A stretch of DNA of 64,000 bases from Phoronis australis (Eukaryota > Animalia > Phoronida). The DNA lies in NCBI GenBank assembly GCA_002633005.1, contig NMRA01000102.1:602345-666344 (forward strand), in the 5' to 3' direction. Under the pieces are notes generated by a model. The model was given only the letters and a program-made list of their open reading frames with translations. It had not been told where the DNA came from and did not search any database. Positions 1 to 13,700 of the stretch are shown piece after piece (positions within the stretch are counted from its first letter, which is position 1; every line of letters starts with the position of its first letter). Position numbers and translations under genes: made by a program.

Positions 1-920
1 CTCCAGGCACCCGGGAGCTGCATATTTACCCATTAGACAAAAATGGGGTTACGTAATTCCCAACAAAGAGTACGGACATAAACTCTTCTGCCTTTTAAAA
101 TAAATACAAATCTCGTACTCAATGCGATTTTCACTATCTTACTTAGGGTGATTGCAGAATGTGGCTTTGTCAAACTTTTGACGAATTTCCGATAGTCAGC
201 ACCAATCAATGCAGTACAAAGACTAAGGACTCGAGACCCGAATAACACAAAACTGACAAGAGCTATAACCATGATTAAACTGCATCAAATTCCACCATTT
301 CTTCAATAGTTATAACTTTCAGAGCATAAAAACCGAAACCCACGTCTGTTTTCGTTCGTTTTGTGACGGGCACACTGTCGCGGAAAGAAACCGCGGGAAA
401 ACTGCTGAATTTCCGACGACTCAAAAACTAAAACTTACCTTCTACGTTGTGAATATAATGATCCCAAAAGAACTTGTAGCCTTTCTGAGTTGAATTTTTC
501 GGCGTTTTTGTATATTTTTGGGAAATAGCGTCCACACTGGAAAGACTGATAATTGGTAAACCGTCAATCAATTTTGACCAAGCACTGGGAGCTTCCATTC
601 TGATGCGTCGTGTAACCTCGTTTTCGAGCCGGGCGATTGCAGCGCCGCTAAAGCGTGAAAGTAGAGAATGATCATGTTGTTTTTATTAGCCAATCACTAA
701 ATAAGTAGAATGCTATATTATGGGCTGAAATCAACAAGATAATTAGATGCGCTATAATAGTTGAAGCATAAAGACTCGCTACAGTGTTCAGAGGCAATTG
801 TACAACAGAGCCATCTCGTGGACGATTCTAGAAAAAATCTTTGCAAGGGCAAGTGTTCACGAACAGGAAGTGAACTAAGATCTTGTCACTTGCATTGTGG
901 GTAGTAAGGTACTACCTGAA

Positions 921-1721
921 GTGTTGCGTCATCAGCCAGAGACTGTGACCAGCAAGAAGAATCGCGAGTAGAAGAAATTGCCTGCAAGTGGTGAATCACC
1001 AAAGACGGTGACCAGCAAGTACATTGTCGCTATACAGTGTGTGTGTAGTTCGAAGATTCACCAACGGGACAGACATCCAACAAGTGGAGAGTCCTAGCTT
1101 GGATAGCAGATAAGACATTTGATTGTTTTAGTTGTTTGATTAAAGTAATCTTTAAAGAGGGCGCTAGCGTAGTTACTCTTTGTAGTTGATTACTTAATTA
1201 ACAATATGTTTCACTTGTCAAATTAGGGGTTATCACATAATAAATTAATTACTGGATTTGATCATTCACTTTCCATCTACGCACAATCTCAAAGCATAGC
1301 TACCTTTTAAATAAACCCACAGTCAATCTTCTGACAGTAGCAATGCTTTGAGATTGTGCGTAGATGAAAAGAGATTGATTAAATCCAGTAATTAATTTAT
1401 TATCTGATAACTACTAATTAGACAAGTGAAACCGGTTGTTAATTAAGTAAGTAATCAACTACAAAGCAGAGAAATTACGCTAGCGTTCTCTTTAAATGTT
1501 TTTTCAATCAATCGAGCAAATCATCAAATGTCTTATCTGCTATCCAAGCTGTAAGACTCTCCATTTGTTGGAAGACAGTCATGTTGTTGAATCTTCGAAC
1601 TACACAAACTGCATTGCGACAGTGTAAATGCTCGTCACAGTCTCTCGTGACGCACCACTTGCATGCAATATCTTCTGTCTACGATTCTTCTCGCTGGTCA
1701 CAGGTCCTCGTGACGCAACAC
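921..1721. repeat. ~800-bp imperfect palindrome (foldback element or long hairpin), arms ~380 bp, loop ~1304-1336
   Basis: 921-1303 (gtgttgcgtca...caaagcatagctac) is the reverse complement of 1337-1721 (gtagcaatgctttg...tgacgcaacac), with scattered mismatches and small indels. No TSD recognised. Confidence 0.93.
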
Positions 1722-2659
1722 GTTCGAAAATATACATTGCATTCTTTTGAAATTTGACACGAAGAGCAGAATTCAGACTGTAATCTTTTACTTGCTACTT
1801 ACATATAACGTGAGGATACCCACCGTGTAATCATTTTGCCTCTTGTTGAAAACATTCCTTTTCAAAGAACTGGAGCCCGTTCCACGATGATGTGTTAGTT
1901 CAAAAATTGCGTTAAAGTGAACTATGGAGGCAGACGATTTTCGGGAACTGGCAACTAGTCGGTTTTGGCTGGGGTCACCGGGTCGTTGGATTACTTTGAC
2001 TTTGCTAACAAGTGTCGCTGGTATGTCCCCAAACCGATAAACAATAATTAATGTGCACTTTTTACACGATCTAGCAATAGGGTTAATACAAAGAAGTCCC
2101 TAATCTGCTTATAACTACGAGTGTTGTTGACAACGAGCTGTAACAAAAATGGCGTCTTATGAGACCCGTCGCTTCGCTTAGAATGTCCAATCTCTGTATT
2201 TATTTGTATGTGCTTCCGATTAACGAATATGGGCAAAATAGCAAATTTTGTTGATATTTTATCTTAAAAGTCAACAGAAAGGGAATTTGCCTGTCTTTGT
2301 GTTCCAAAAGGCCGAAAGTAAACTTTTTTGGACTATTGCCCCTATCGACCTAGACCCTGTTTGAGCAAAATGATCATGTCGTTTCAGAGTACCAACATGT
2401 TTTCTATTTCCCCAGCTAAGCCTCCCAGTTTTACGTATACACGTCACGGTTTGATCTGTTGCTGCCACCACCATTTCGGAAAAGGTTTGACATCATACGA
2501 ACAATAATATCAGCTCGTAAACTGTTTAAAACATGGGACCATGCCTCCACTGTTGGATCGCACTTCTCAAAGGCGAACTTTTGCCGTTGCACTCGTAAAA
2601 ATATGCCAAACTGCCCGAAAATAAATGCGTGCTTTTGCTGACTAGCACACGTGCGCAAC

Positions 2660-2868
2660 CAGGGCGGGTCTTGGGGGGTGAATAAAGAACGCATAGGCGC
2701 TGAATGAACCGCCCCGTTTACCGTTTTTTTAGTCAACAGGTCCGCAAACCCAAGAATTCAAGACCCCTGCATCCCCAGAGTTTACGCTGGGCGCGCGCAT
2801 CTGCCGAAATGCTGCTTATTCCTGTGCCCTGCCCCTCCTCCTAACAAAAAAACCTAGATCCGCCCCTG
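2660..2868. mobile_element. Short hAT-like MITE
   Basis: Left end cagggcgggtcttgg; right end cctagatccgcccctg (rc caggggcggatctagg). No intact 8-bp TSD. Confidence 0.5.
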
Positions 2869-3527
2869 CTACGGGTTGAAACATAATTTTTCTTCCAAAA
2901 AGGACTGGGCCCTAAATTCCTCAAATTTGGGGCCCAATATAGGCCCTATTCCCCTCTCAAACATACATTGTATTGAAATATCACGCGAAATTCCCCCCCA
3001 CGAGGCATAAAAATTCCCCTAGTGAAAAATCTCCGAGTTCACATCACCTGTAACCACACAGGTGACAACTTTTAAGAGCACAAAAGGCTACTTTAAATTG
3101 AGTCAGAGCCTATGAGAGAAGGGGGTGCTATTGATGGTGATCGGGAGGTAGATTGTTCCCGCCCTCACTCGGCGAAAAAATCGCCTCTCAGTAGGCACTG
3201 GCACCGTTCCCCTCGGATGAACGAGGCTTCTGCAGAAACATGATAACTATGATTGCATTGTCCAGTTAACTGAAATTGAGTTCTAAAACGATGTTATGTT
3301 TTGGACGAACGAATTAGGTGTTTTAATTTTAAAATTCAACTTGGTCCAGATTGATATTTGAAATCTAACACATGAAATAGACGTAAGAATTATTACAACC
3401 AAGAAAGCATTGATGGTCAAATAATTTTTATTTTCAATTACGAGCCTGGTTTTTTATTTTAATAAAAATATATNATTGCACATGACAGACACCACTGTCG
3501 AATATGTCTTCAACTCGTCAACAATAC

Positions 3528-3900
3528 GAGCAGATGACCTGGTCCGCGTAGAAAGTATTATAACAATTTACAAGAAAAAACGTAACCCTGCATTCAGCAT
3601 AATACCTAATCCGTAACACTACGATCGCCGCAATTTGGTCATATTTACTTTTCATGTTTCGAACCTAGTTTTCCGAAAAAAATTAAACCCTTTCGTCAGA
3701 CAACTCTTTGGCGCCTTAACTTGTTCTCTAATGTAATTTTCTACGTCTCTGTGGTTAATTGTCGACATATCATTAAAATTTATTATCCAGGTTGGACTCG
3801 AAAGACCGGCTATTTAACTCACGCAATGTCTACTTTCGCTTTGTTTATCGCAGTGAGCCTCGCTTTGGATCTTAATGGCCGCTGCGTGAATAGGGTCTAT
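3528..3900 (+). repeat. Dispersed repeat, copy 1 (probable DNA-transposon end)
   Basis: Collinear with 37937-38320 (gagcagatgacctgg...aaaacgtaaccctgcatt...gtgagcctcgctttgg...cgtgaatagggtcta). Confidence 0.88.
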
Positions 3901-3957
3901 ACCAAAAACTATTTGTGTTAAAATCCAAGGTAAACTCATGAAATATGGCTTCGCTTT

Positions 3958-4137
3958 AGTAAAATGTAACAATGGTGCATGTTTTCGCATGTGCATTTGG
4001 CGTAAACTGCAACAACTACATAGAATGTAACAACTTGCTACATTTTAGGTTCAGGCGTAGCAACATAAAATGTAACAATTTGGTAAAATGTAGTAGTTGT
4101 TACAGTTTACGAAATTGTTACGTTTTTTGGCCTATCA
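3958..4137. repeat. Array of aaaatgtaacaa-like motifs in both orientations (MITE-like internal repeats)
   Basis: aaaatgtaacaa, agaatgtaacaa, aaaatgtaacaa, plus inverted ttgttaca/ttgttacg/ttgctaca copies. Confidence 0.5.
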
Positions 4138-5713
4138 ACGCACACACGTGTACACGCATGCATGTAAATTCACCAATCCACAGTCAAAATGAACACTGCA
4201 TAAAAAAACATATAGTGTATTAGACGATTACTTTAAGTTGAAATTTTTGGAAATGTCTGCACTTTACCGTATTATGCTAGCAAGTATACCAAAATAGCAA
4301 ACAACAAACCTATGTTCTGATGTCTACGCCGCACTACTTTTTGCGAGCTCTCTCGCTGCCATGTACATTGTAACTTACATGTAGCTACGCATAAACGTTC
4401 ACTTCTACACTCCCTTGTTACAGTGTAGACACCACGCGCATTAAATGCCGCTGAATAACATCAAGCCTTGCCTAATCACCTGCACGATCCTGTCATCTAC
4501 GCAAACATCACTCGGGCGAAGTGTATGCTTATTAGTACATATACTTGCGTATTAAAAATAATTAATAATATACAAATGCACCAAGAGTCTTAGTGATGTG
4601 TTCAAGGTTACTAATACAAAAGTTGAAATAGATAACGATAGCAATTTCAATAAAAATATGATTCTTCCGAAAAGTGTCTTGCTGATGAAGATCCGATTTG
4701 CGTGCACTACAAAAGGTATTTTATCAATTAAGAAAACAACCCAAACTGGGAATCAACAACGCGGGACTGTGGATGAAGAAAAATATAGGTACCGAGATAA
4801 TATCAATTCATCCAAAAAGGTATATAAAAACATTTTTTGAGTAAAATATCTTTGCTGTCAAAACTTAATTTAAAATGATTTTTTTTCTTGTCAATGAAAA
4901 TATTTTGAAAGTGTGTTTACTTTTTATTTTACAGAAATTGTGGCTTTTTTGTCTAAATGCAATCCATTCCATGTTTGTCCAAAAAGCTTGTAATGGCGAA
5001 AAAATATCCGATGTAGCGTCTGAGGAAAATAAGCATGACAGTGGTGATTGACAATCACCATATTATAGTATCCTTCTGAAGATAGCCTGGAAAACATGAA
5101 ATCATACATGTACATGTACATGCAGGTGTATACTCTGAGGGAGGGGTGGGGGCGTAGGAGACTATTCGCGTAATGCAAGAAAATCATTCGGGCAGCGTAG
5201 CATTCAATGGAAAAGCACGGGAAACTGCACTGACAGCGAAATATACGAAAGTTTCACTTTTGTTTCTTGTATATACATGTACTTCACCATAAATTGCATT
5301 TGAAACACTCACCTATTTGTTTGCTCTGCAACTTTGTACGTCCATGTAGCGTAACACAGGCAAAGTACATTCTGGCAAGTGAAGTCGTATTTATGGGGAT
5401 TACCTTTCCGCGTCAAGCAATACTTTCATATTAATGCACCATCTGTACTCGTTACCTCATTGGTCAATATTTCATTCCTTCGACAGCTTCCTTCAGACAA
5501 GTTTGCATTCTGCTGAGGCACAAATTTAACGCGTATAGCGAGTGTAATCATGCGGTTCGCTTGTGATTACTGTAACACTCCAGTGCTGCTTTTCTTGAGT
5601 GCACAGAACGCAGTTTAGGTGTACGATTTGTACTCAAGACGTAATTCACCGTACCTAAATATTTTCTCCATCCCGATTTATGTAATACTTTGGCCGTCTT
5701 TGTGGCCCCTTAA

Positions 5714-6754
5714 AGAGTTCCCACCATGACCCTGTGTCTCAAAAAATACATCTTAAGAGATTTAAGAGACTTCGGTATACCTGTTGCTAAGAAACAAGCC
5801 AAAAGTTAAAGAGGTGTATTTTTGTAATCAGGGTTGTACGTAATGGGTGAAATACGATCTCCGCCATTGTTGTTTTTACCTCTGCGATACTGAGGAGTCG
5901 TGAGGATAGTTCGCGGAAAGCCTCCGTTTTCAAACACAAACAGGTGCTTATGCGGAGGTTGCAGCTTGACCTAGAACGTCTCTGTGTTCGAATTTCCTAA
6001 AGACGTGAAAGTTGCACAGAAATTGGACCGCATTTTATGACAGCTTGGAATGACGGTGTGGAACATACATGCACGATTCGGTCTGCAGCCACACATTGCG
6101 CGGCGTGTTTTAGACACGGAATCGAGTCTCGACCACACACAAAACGGCATTACGATAAAGAACTCACCCCTTGTAAGCGTATATCCAAATTTTACAAATA
6201 GCGAACAAACTGCCTCCATTTTATGGCGGGTGATGCCAGGCCCTCGACCCCAGCCTAGACAGAGTGTCACGACACGTAGGCTTATGCACTGTGTTTAGGT
6301 CGTGCTAATTCCATAATGGCAACAGTGAATACGAAAGTGGTCCAGTTTTAATGTGGCCTTTGTCAGTGATTATTAAGTGTCTATTTTGTTAATATCTACC
6401 ACCCCTTGGTTCAGTTGCTTGTGGGTCACTTAAGTCCAAAAGTGGGTCAACTTCATATGGCCTCAAAGCCGAAGAAAATTCGCTAAGTGGGAAAACGAAC
6501 ACGTTGTCTGATTCTTCTAGTACTTGAGTGTGATGCCTGCATCCACTCTCTTCTCTGTCTGCATAATAATTGTCCAGTTCTCGCTCAAAATCGTCCTCGT
6601 CTTCTAACCTGCTGTCTTCTGCTACTGCAATTGATTATCAAGTAACCAAACGTCTTCCACCCATTCCATCATTTAGCGGGAAACTTGGAAAAAAATCCTT
6701 CACAATTAAAACATCGCGACTATTTGCATAATAATTGATTTTGGTGGGAACTTT
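5714..6754. mobile_element. Kolobok-type DNA transposon, internally deleted
   Basis: TTAA flanks at 5710-5713 and 6755-6758. 13-bp TIR agagttcccacca / rc aaagttcccacca. THAP remnant on + and an acidic open frame with LRPYEVDP on -. Confidence 0.7.
5942..6193 (+). pseudogene. Decayed THAP zinc-finger coding remnant
   Basis: Reads RCLCGGCS..VSVFEFPKD....SVCSH with stops and frameshifts, matching the THAP C-x-C...FP...C-x-H layout. Confidence 0.6.
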
Positions 6755-9700
6755 TTAACTCATGTTTTTATTATAAGTTACTTAAATTTTACTCGTGTTT
6801 TGAATTGAGTAATACTAGTGCTGTTCCAGGTGTAGTTTGTACACACCCTGGAGGCGCTTTTTTCTAGTGCCCGTCTTAAGAGTATTTTCTGTATTACTTT
6901 GTTTTGTAAAATAACGAATGGTATCTTTACAATTCGCCATTTGTTTTGGTCTGCGACGTAGCTTGTAGCATAACTCAGACAAAGCATATTATGGTAAAAA
7001 TCAAGATTTAATTAATATCACCAATTTACGCCTGAATTAGGGAATATTTTCAAGAAAATTATGACTTTTTCTGGCTAGGTACCATAAACTTGATCACGCA
7101 CAAAAAGATTATGTTCCTAATTGAGCCAGTATTGCAAAATTATCGATATTAGCGCCAGAAGATATTGCGCTGTTCAGACCGTGAGATTCGAATTTCAACG
7201 TTCTCAAAGTATTGACAGTCGTAAATACTTATTTCTGTGATTCTCAAACATTTAATTTTATCAGCCTAAATCCGTGACACTCTCACTCTGGAAACTCCGG
7301 AATTTTTGGATGTCTCAAACTCCAGGTTAGACAACTCTACTCATGCTTTTCCTTGAATGTTCGTGGTCATGCGTTTGATGCCTTCTGGGATGGTTGGAAC
7401 ATTCTTTATTGAAAAATATGTTTAAAATGAAAACTTGAAATGTGAATCATTTTGCAATGGGTTGCCTTGTTTAGAATGTCTCAGCATATCAAAGGTTCAT
7501 TGCTTCATGATTTACACGTCTGTTCTCCTACTACAATAGGCTGCACAGTTCTTATTCATAATTTGTATTGTCAACTACAGTGAAATTATTGGCACCATGA
7601 ATTGTTACACATGTTGAAATTCGAGAGAATCTGTACCACTTGAGTCCAACGAATTTTGAGACATTGGTGTTTCGTTGCATTTTGATGCAGGTTGGTGAAA
7701 CTCGGGAAAACCTGTATCATCCCCCTCCCACACCACCAAATTTCGGATAGTCGATGTGCGGGAATTTGCCGAACTAACTTCCTGGCCACCGTTACATCCC
7801 TGCAGCAGTTCTCTCGATCTGATAAACGCTATTTAGCACATTATTCTTGGAAGGCACTCGGCGGTTCACTGTCATACTTGCAAATGAAAATAATAGAGAG
7901 AATCGCTAGTAAGTTTCAAGTATTTCTATCGATCATATGATACGTACACATCATTAATCACACGGTAGACCGCCGTTTTACACTTTGAAAACCTAATAAA
8001 TCACTGTCGCTACTCAATTAATTTTCAAAAACCATAGTGACAAGGTAATAGTGACCGTGTGTCAATTACAATACAGTGACTTGACGCCAACCCACAACAT
8101 TCTCAGACAAAACTCTTAAGAGATTAGGTTAAAGTCACGTCACCTTTCAATAGTTAAAGCCCTTTGCGTCATGGTCATAAATGCTTGCATTCGGTTACCA
8201 ACAATTTTGATATGGTATTTTAAGCATTTTTTTCAGTTTGTGTGCTTGCAATTAAGAAATAAACACAAAAAAAATTATGAAAACAAAAATTTCGTATGAC
8301 GTCATCAGCAGAAGTCCTGTCTCTGTCATTGTGTTGTGCTGCACCAAGCGTGAGCGTGTGTTCCAAAGACGTGTGTGCGGGGATAATATTTTTACGATCA
8401 ACTTGCAAATTTACCAAATGTTTTGCCGAATTCCTGATTTCAAATGTCACATTTCATATCATAGCCCCAATAATGGGACCAAAACATGTGAAAATCCGAG
8501 CAAAAAAGAACAGGTTTGGGCAGCAGGAAAACATCTAAAAGGGTAGAAATCATCTGCAATCGTAGGGTGAAAATGGTGGCTGGGGAATTTTTATTGGCCA
8601 TGATGCCGAAAGAACTCATGGCGACAGGTGAGGGTGAAATTCTCATTCGGCTACTATCGGACAAAGTTATATGATATGCCCCCCACCCACAAAACAGTCA
8701 AGTCTATCTATAGTGATGTTCAGTGGTGTCGAGATTAGATGGATTAGGGGTCACAGTCCAAGGCCCGTGTCCGGTAAAGCGAACCGGTGTAATAAACGGT
8801 GCGCAAAGACATTTGGTGAGTAGGCTACCACTGATGCCAAGCCCCAGAACTGGATCTCATGGAAGCAGTATGCATTTAGTCATTTGTAAGCATAGCCAAT
8901 TATCTTGGTATGCTGCTTAACTGAACGTTGCCGTCATCAACAATACAAAAATACAAAAGTTTGGACAAAAAGCTACAGGAGCAGTGAAAACGAAGGATGG
9001 ACATTTTCCTTGTCATAGTTTCATGAAAAGGTCGAAATCGCACGCTTTAAAGGCAATAGTCTAGGATCCACCGGTGGAAACCGATTCATGCGCATGCAGG
9101 TAAAGAAATTCCGCCAATCATTGCAATTCATAATTCGCTCCCATATCCCAACTCCCAAACATTCGTTAAAATTTGATTTCAACAATCTGTTCGATTAAAT
9201 GGCAGGGCCCTTGGAAAACCAAAAGTGAAAGCAAAACATAATCGAATTCTGAAAGGTTGGTTTTCTTAAAGATATCATTTTGCGAAAATGAGTATTAAAA
9301 CAGTTCAGTTTCAAGGCTAGTGAGTAAAATGAAAGGGAATTTTGGTTGATGGCAAAAACAAGTCCACAGGCAGCTCTATTGCCTTACCTCAGAAAAGACG
9401 TACAGAATACTTTTTTACAAGACGTTGGAGGGGGTATGTCAGAAGATATCACAGACGATATAAACAGGTCTTCCATTCAGTCAATATTTTCACGAATTTA
9501 TCCAAAATTGAGGATACATGATGTATCTTGGGAACACCAAGGCTTAGATTTGCATGGTCTATGATGTGTTGCGCCCAACAAATCAGCATTGGTGTTCCGT
9601 TAACTCCCAGTCACATGACGGAGGGGGGTAGCGATGCTTAGCCGATCTCAGGCTACTGATGGGGCTTGGGAGATTGTTTATCAGATCGGGAGGAGTGGCA

Positions 9701-10669
9701 ACAACTAGCGGTGAGCGTTGATGGCGGCCCAACACTTGAAATCGGCCGGCTATCTACTGGTCAACGGTGCAAATGTCGGCAAATATTTGGTGATCAGTCG
9801 ACCTCCCGCTGTTTTCGGAAATTGCCCGGCTACGGAATAACTTAAAGTCCTTCTCTCACGCGTTGTTAACACTTATTACACGGTTAGAAGATGTTATAAG
9901 GATCCAAGAAGTACCTACCCCATAACTAATACACGATCCGTACTCGAAAAAAAGTTTAAATGAACGCGCCACAAACGATTCGCACCCGAAGAAACACCGC
10001 CAATTTGAAGTTGCCGCGAACCCGGAAGTACAATTCATTCAGGAACCCAGGCCATGAAAACGCCGTCAGTGCGGCTGGAGCAGTGCCTGTACTGTTACCA
10101 GCCAGCAAACGGGGATAAAAAAATCGACAGCGCGCCATAATTTTGATAAAATCAAACTACGGACACTTTTATGGAATTTGCTGAAGAAATGTGGCGAATA
10201 AATTTTGACAGAAATTATTTTGCCAGACTCGGGGCCGCAGCCTATCGGACCCGGTGGGGATCGAGACCAGACACTGGCGAACGGTAAATGCATGCGGTTG
10301 CAAGCTGTTTTGTCGAAGTAAAATGGTCAAATTATAAATGCCACATATATTCAAGGGTATTTTCAGACACTTGCATGAAATTACGGGCTGGTTAGTCCAG
10401 TGTCACACTGCCGCGGCAGACCTTAGTTAGCCTCAGTCACCAACTACCAGTGAAGACTTTAGTCAAAATACAGCTTCATAGTAGGCCTATACAGCTTTGA
10501 GCGGCCAAGGCTACCCTTAGGCCTAACTGGTCGCTGGCCACAAACACAAAAAAACACGAAAATTGAATAAAGCTTCCTTTTTGTAGCAATGTTTGTCAAA
10601 ATGTATCAACGTTAAATCTTCACAAATTACAAAGTAGCCGATTGAACATGCCTTTCAGTTCAGCAAAAG

Positions 10670-10775
10670 TCGCCATGTTGTCGGTGCCGCCAGAAATGAG
10701 ACGAAGTCCAACGGGAATTGTGAGCACATTTATCACTTAATGAGTAACAACTGCGAGGCTGAAATTTGGTGAACA
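10670..10775 (+). repeat. Dispersed repeat segment also present at ~44450-44550
   Basis: ccgccagaaatgag...caacgggaattgtgagcacatttatcacttaatgagtaaca vs ccgccggaaatgag...caacggaaaatgtgagcacattaatcactcaacaagtaaca. Confidence 0.6.
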
Positions 10776-13700
10776 ATGTTAAATCGTGCAGAATAGTAAG
10801 TAAAGAAATGTCTAACTAAATTCCACCGTAACTTGTTGGCGAAAACAATTTACACAAAGTTTTAAACTCGTAACTCATCCCGCTGTCCTCCAATATGGCC
10901 GACGCCATCCAAACAAAGTGACCCAAATTTCGCCACAAAACTTGCAATAACTTTACAGTGCTTGCCCCGATTTTGATACTTTTTCGATTTTTACTGAGTA
11001 GAATGTACTACCTTTCCGATGATAGCAAAGTACTTTTTCAAAACGAGGAAAAAAATAAAACCGAAAAAAATTGGTTCGACCCATATTCTTTTCTAGGTTC
11101 GACCCGCCTACGTAAGGAACTAAACACCAATTCTATTTCAACATACTAAGTACGCGTAACATTCCAAAAAAAATCAACAACCACTAACTACAAACTATAA
11201 ATACACTACATATGCAAACGAATCACGATATAATACTTATAAAACAAAATAATGAAGACTTTTCGAGCAAGCCATAGCACATACAGTTTCAAGGAAAAAA
11301 TGGCGGCGTTCAGGACAAGTTCCTGAACTGATGAGCCGGAAATGTGGGAACGGAAATAACCGATGAAAACCGGTAATCATACGCTCAGAGAGAAGGGTCA
11401 AATACTGTTAAAAAATCGCTTTTGGCAAGAAAGGCGAAAAGAATATAAAGAAAGGGTGTCGAAAATAAGAATTTATGTAGTAAGTATTTTCGGATACTGG
11501 AACCACATGGGCAGTTTGAGAGAAGGACTTTAAACTACGCCCGATGGTGCAGTTATTGGTGAATTCTGACAGCGACCTCCTGCCGACTGCCCCGACGATC
11601 CGTTGAAAATACCGGACTGCAGTCGGAAACTCATCGGGATTTTGAAGGTCATCGGAGATGCTCTTAATCGGTGAACGGACGATCCATTCAAACTAGTGAA
11701 TGTTTGTTTTGATTTCCCCTGTTGTAGTCTGCTAATAAACCTCTCCTGTATTCAAAACGGCCACTAGGCAAATCTGCGGCCGACTCATTCGCTTGACGCC
11801 AGACCCCTACGAGAAGCGTAACAACATTTCAAATTTGCCCCTATACACTGTGATCTCGCAATGAGCTAGTCTGTCATGCATAATTATGTTCATATTTCAA
11901 ATTTAATATTATAAAATTGTGAGGTATGAAATATGCATTCGAGTGCAGCGTGGAATCAACCCAGAGGTGATGGTTTGTGCGTGTGTTTGTATACAAAGCC
12001 TTAACCTGCTTGAGACCAATATTATGTGGCGCAAAGAGTTCGACGAGATTCAATTCTAAACACAGTTTCAAGTCAACATACTCCATTGATAAAAGGGAAT
12101 AACAAAAACCAATTCGAAATGTTTAAATAATATCATGTTTTGTTCATTTTTATGCTTTTAAGACAAGCTCTCTAATCGCTAATTAACACCCTTTTTGTGT
12201 CATTTGTTCTCCTGATGTTCAAACAGGCCAAACGACTGCCTAACTGGTTATAGTTGAATGACTACTGTTGGAATCAATAACTGCAAATGTTGTGATTTTT
12301 GAGTTTGAAATGATGATGCAGTCGGACAATTTTAAAGAAATCCTGCTACTGCTGTCGATTCATTACCTGTTATTAGCAATTTCACGGGTGTTCAAAACAT
12401 AATAAGCTCCACTGTAAGTCTAAAGAAATGTATTTATTTTCATTGACCGAAAGGTGAAACTTATTCATTTTCTCTATTCTGCTACAACCCGCCCTACGTC
12501 GCAAAGAAGTTCTCCCCAGACAATATGGCCGTAATAAAAATGAATCGTGAGCGGTTTTCTGGCTATCTGTTGTACAACTGTAGTAGGTAATCAGAATGGT
12601 ATAGATTGACGAGAGGTTTAAAGTGTTCACACATTTTTGTAGTAACATCTCTTTTTTCAATGCTATTATTGGCTATTTTCAGGGCATCCCTCATAGTTCG
12701 AAATAAAAGTAGGGCAGGTGAATTGGGTATTAGTTTTGACTTGAAGATGTAACCATATATCATTGGAAAGGTATCCGTTTCTGTAATACAATGATGAAGA
12801 TTCATGAAAGTTATACAGTGCTTTTAAAGTTTATCTCTATCTTTTGTCAGCATTTGACCCACATTTTGGATCGGGTGTGCATAAATTACGAATTTAAAAC
12901 TGTTTGTACCGTCAGAAGTCCTGAAGTCGTGAGCGCCCTAAAATCGTGAACGATTTTGTTTCCTCCTCTGCGCGGTCCCGCGACTTCTGGGTTTGAAGTT
13001 TCCAGCGTTAGTCTGCTTAAGAACGTCAAACGAATACCCATACGCGTTGGTATTCATAATATGATAACAAACAGTGAGTGAGTGGCTTCTTTGTTCAAAT
13101 GTATCTTAAAAACAGCGTATTTCACCAATCCACTTTTTGTGCATTTTTGGGATATATTTTCGAAAATATCTATCGTTCAGATTTACTCAAACACGCGCTC
13201 CAGGGGTAGCTTGAACAATGTATCAAAATGTCCCTGGTCTATCAACTTTTGTAAGGCCAAAGCAATAAAATACAGAGAGATAATTATGATGCTGGGTTCT
13301 CAGCGTTTTACGTGAACAGCCTCATTGAAAACATCTGTGCACATCAAAGTTGGGTGCAAAACATATAACAGTTCCTTTCAACTAAAACTGATTTAACCAA
13401 CAATGCAATGCGTTTTATGTCGTCTAGAGTAACTGTAAGCACAGTAGTTCACTTGTGTGGCCTTACGTCGTGCATTTCCGTCTAAACGAAACGGTCACGA
13501 CTTTAAGGTCTCATTCAAAATGAACCCGCGATATCAGTGCCCTTTCAAAACTCTGCTTACGGAGGCAAACAAGGATTAATATTGTCAAACCACGTATATT
13601 TGTGAAGGCTGATATATATCCGTGATATCACATTAGCAGTTGGTAACGGACATTGGGTAGTACGACAATCAGCTGCTTATTATGCTTATGTTTACGACTG

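Noticed and set aside
4924-5570. Possible two-exon minus-strand gene (donor near 5311, acceptor near 5088)
   Set aside because: Splice-like sites exist, but there is no recognisable protein and no convincing start.
10225-10285. HDV-like ribozyme ending ccagacactggcgaacgg
   Set aside because: P1, P3/L3 and the P1.1 GG could not be assembled.
11328-11360. CUGAUGA...GAAA hammerhead candidate
   Set aside because: No properly closed stem II and no stems I or III.
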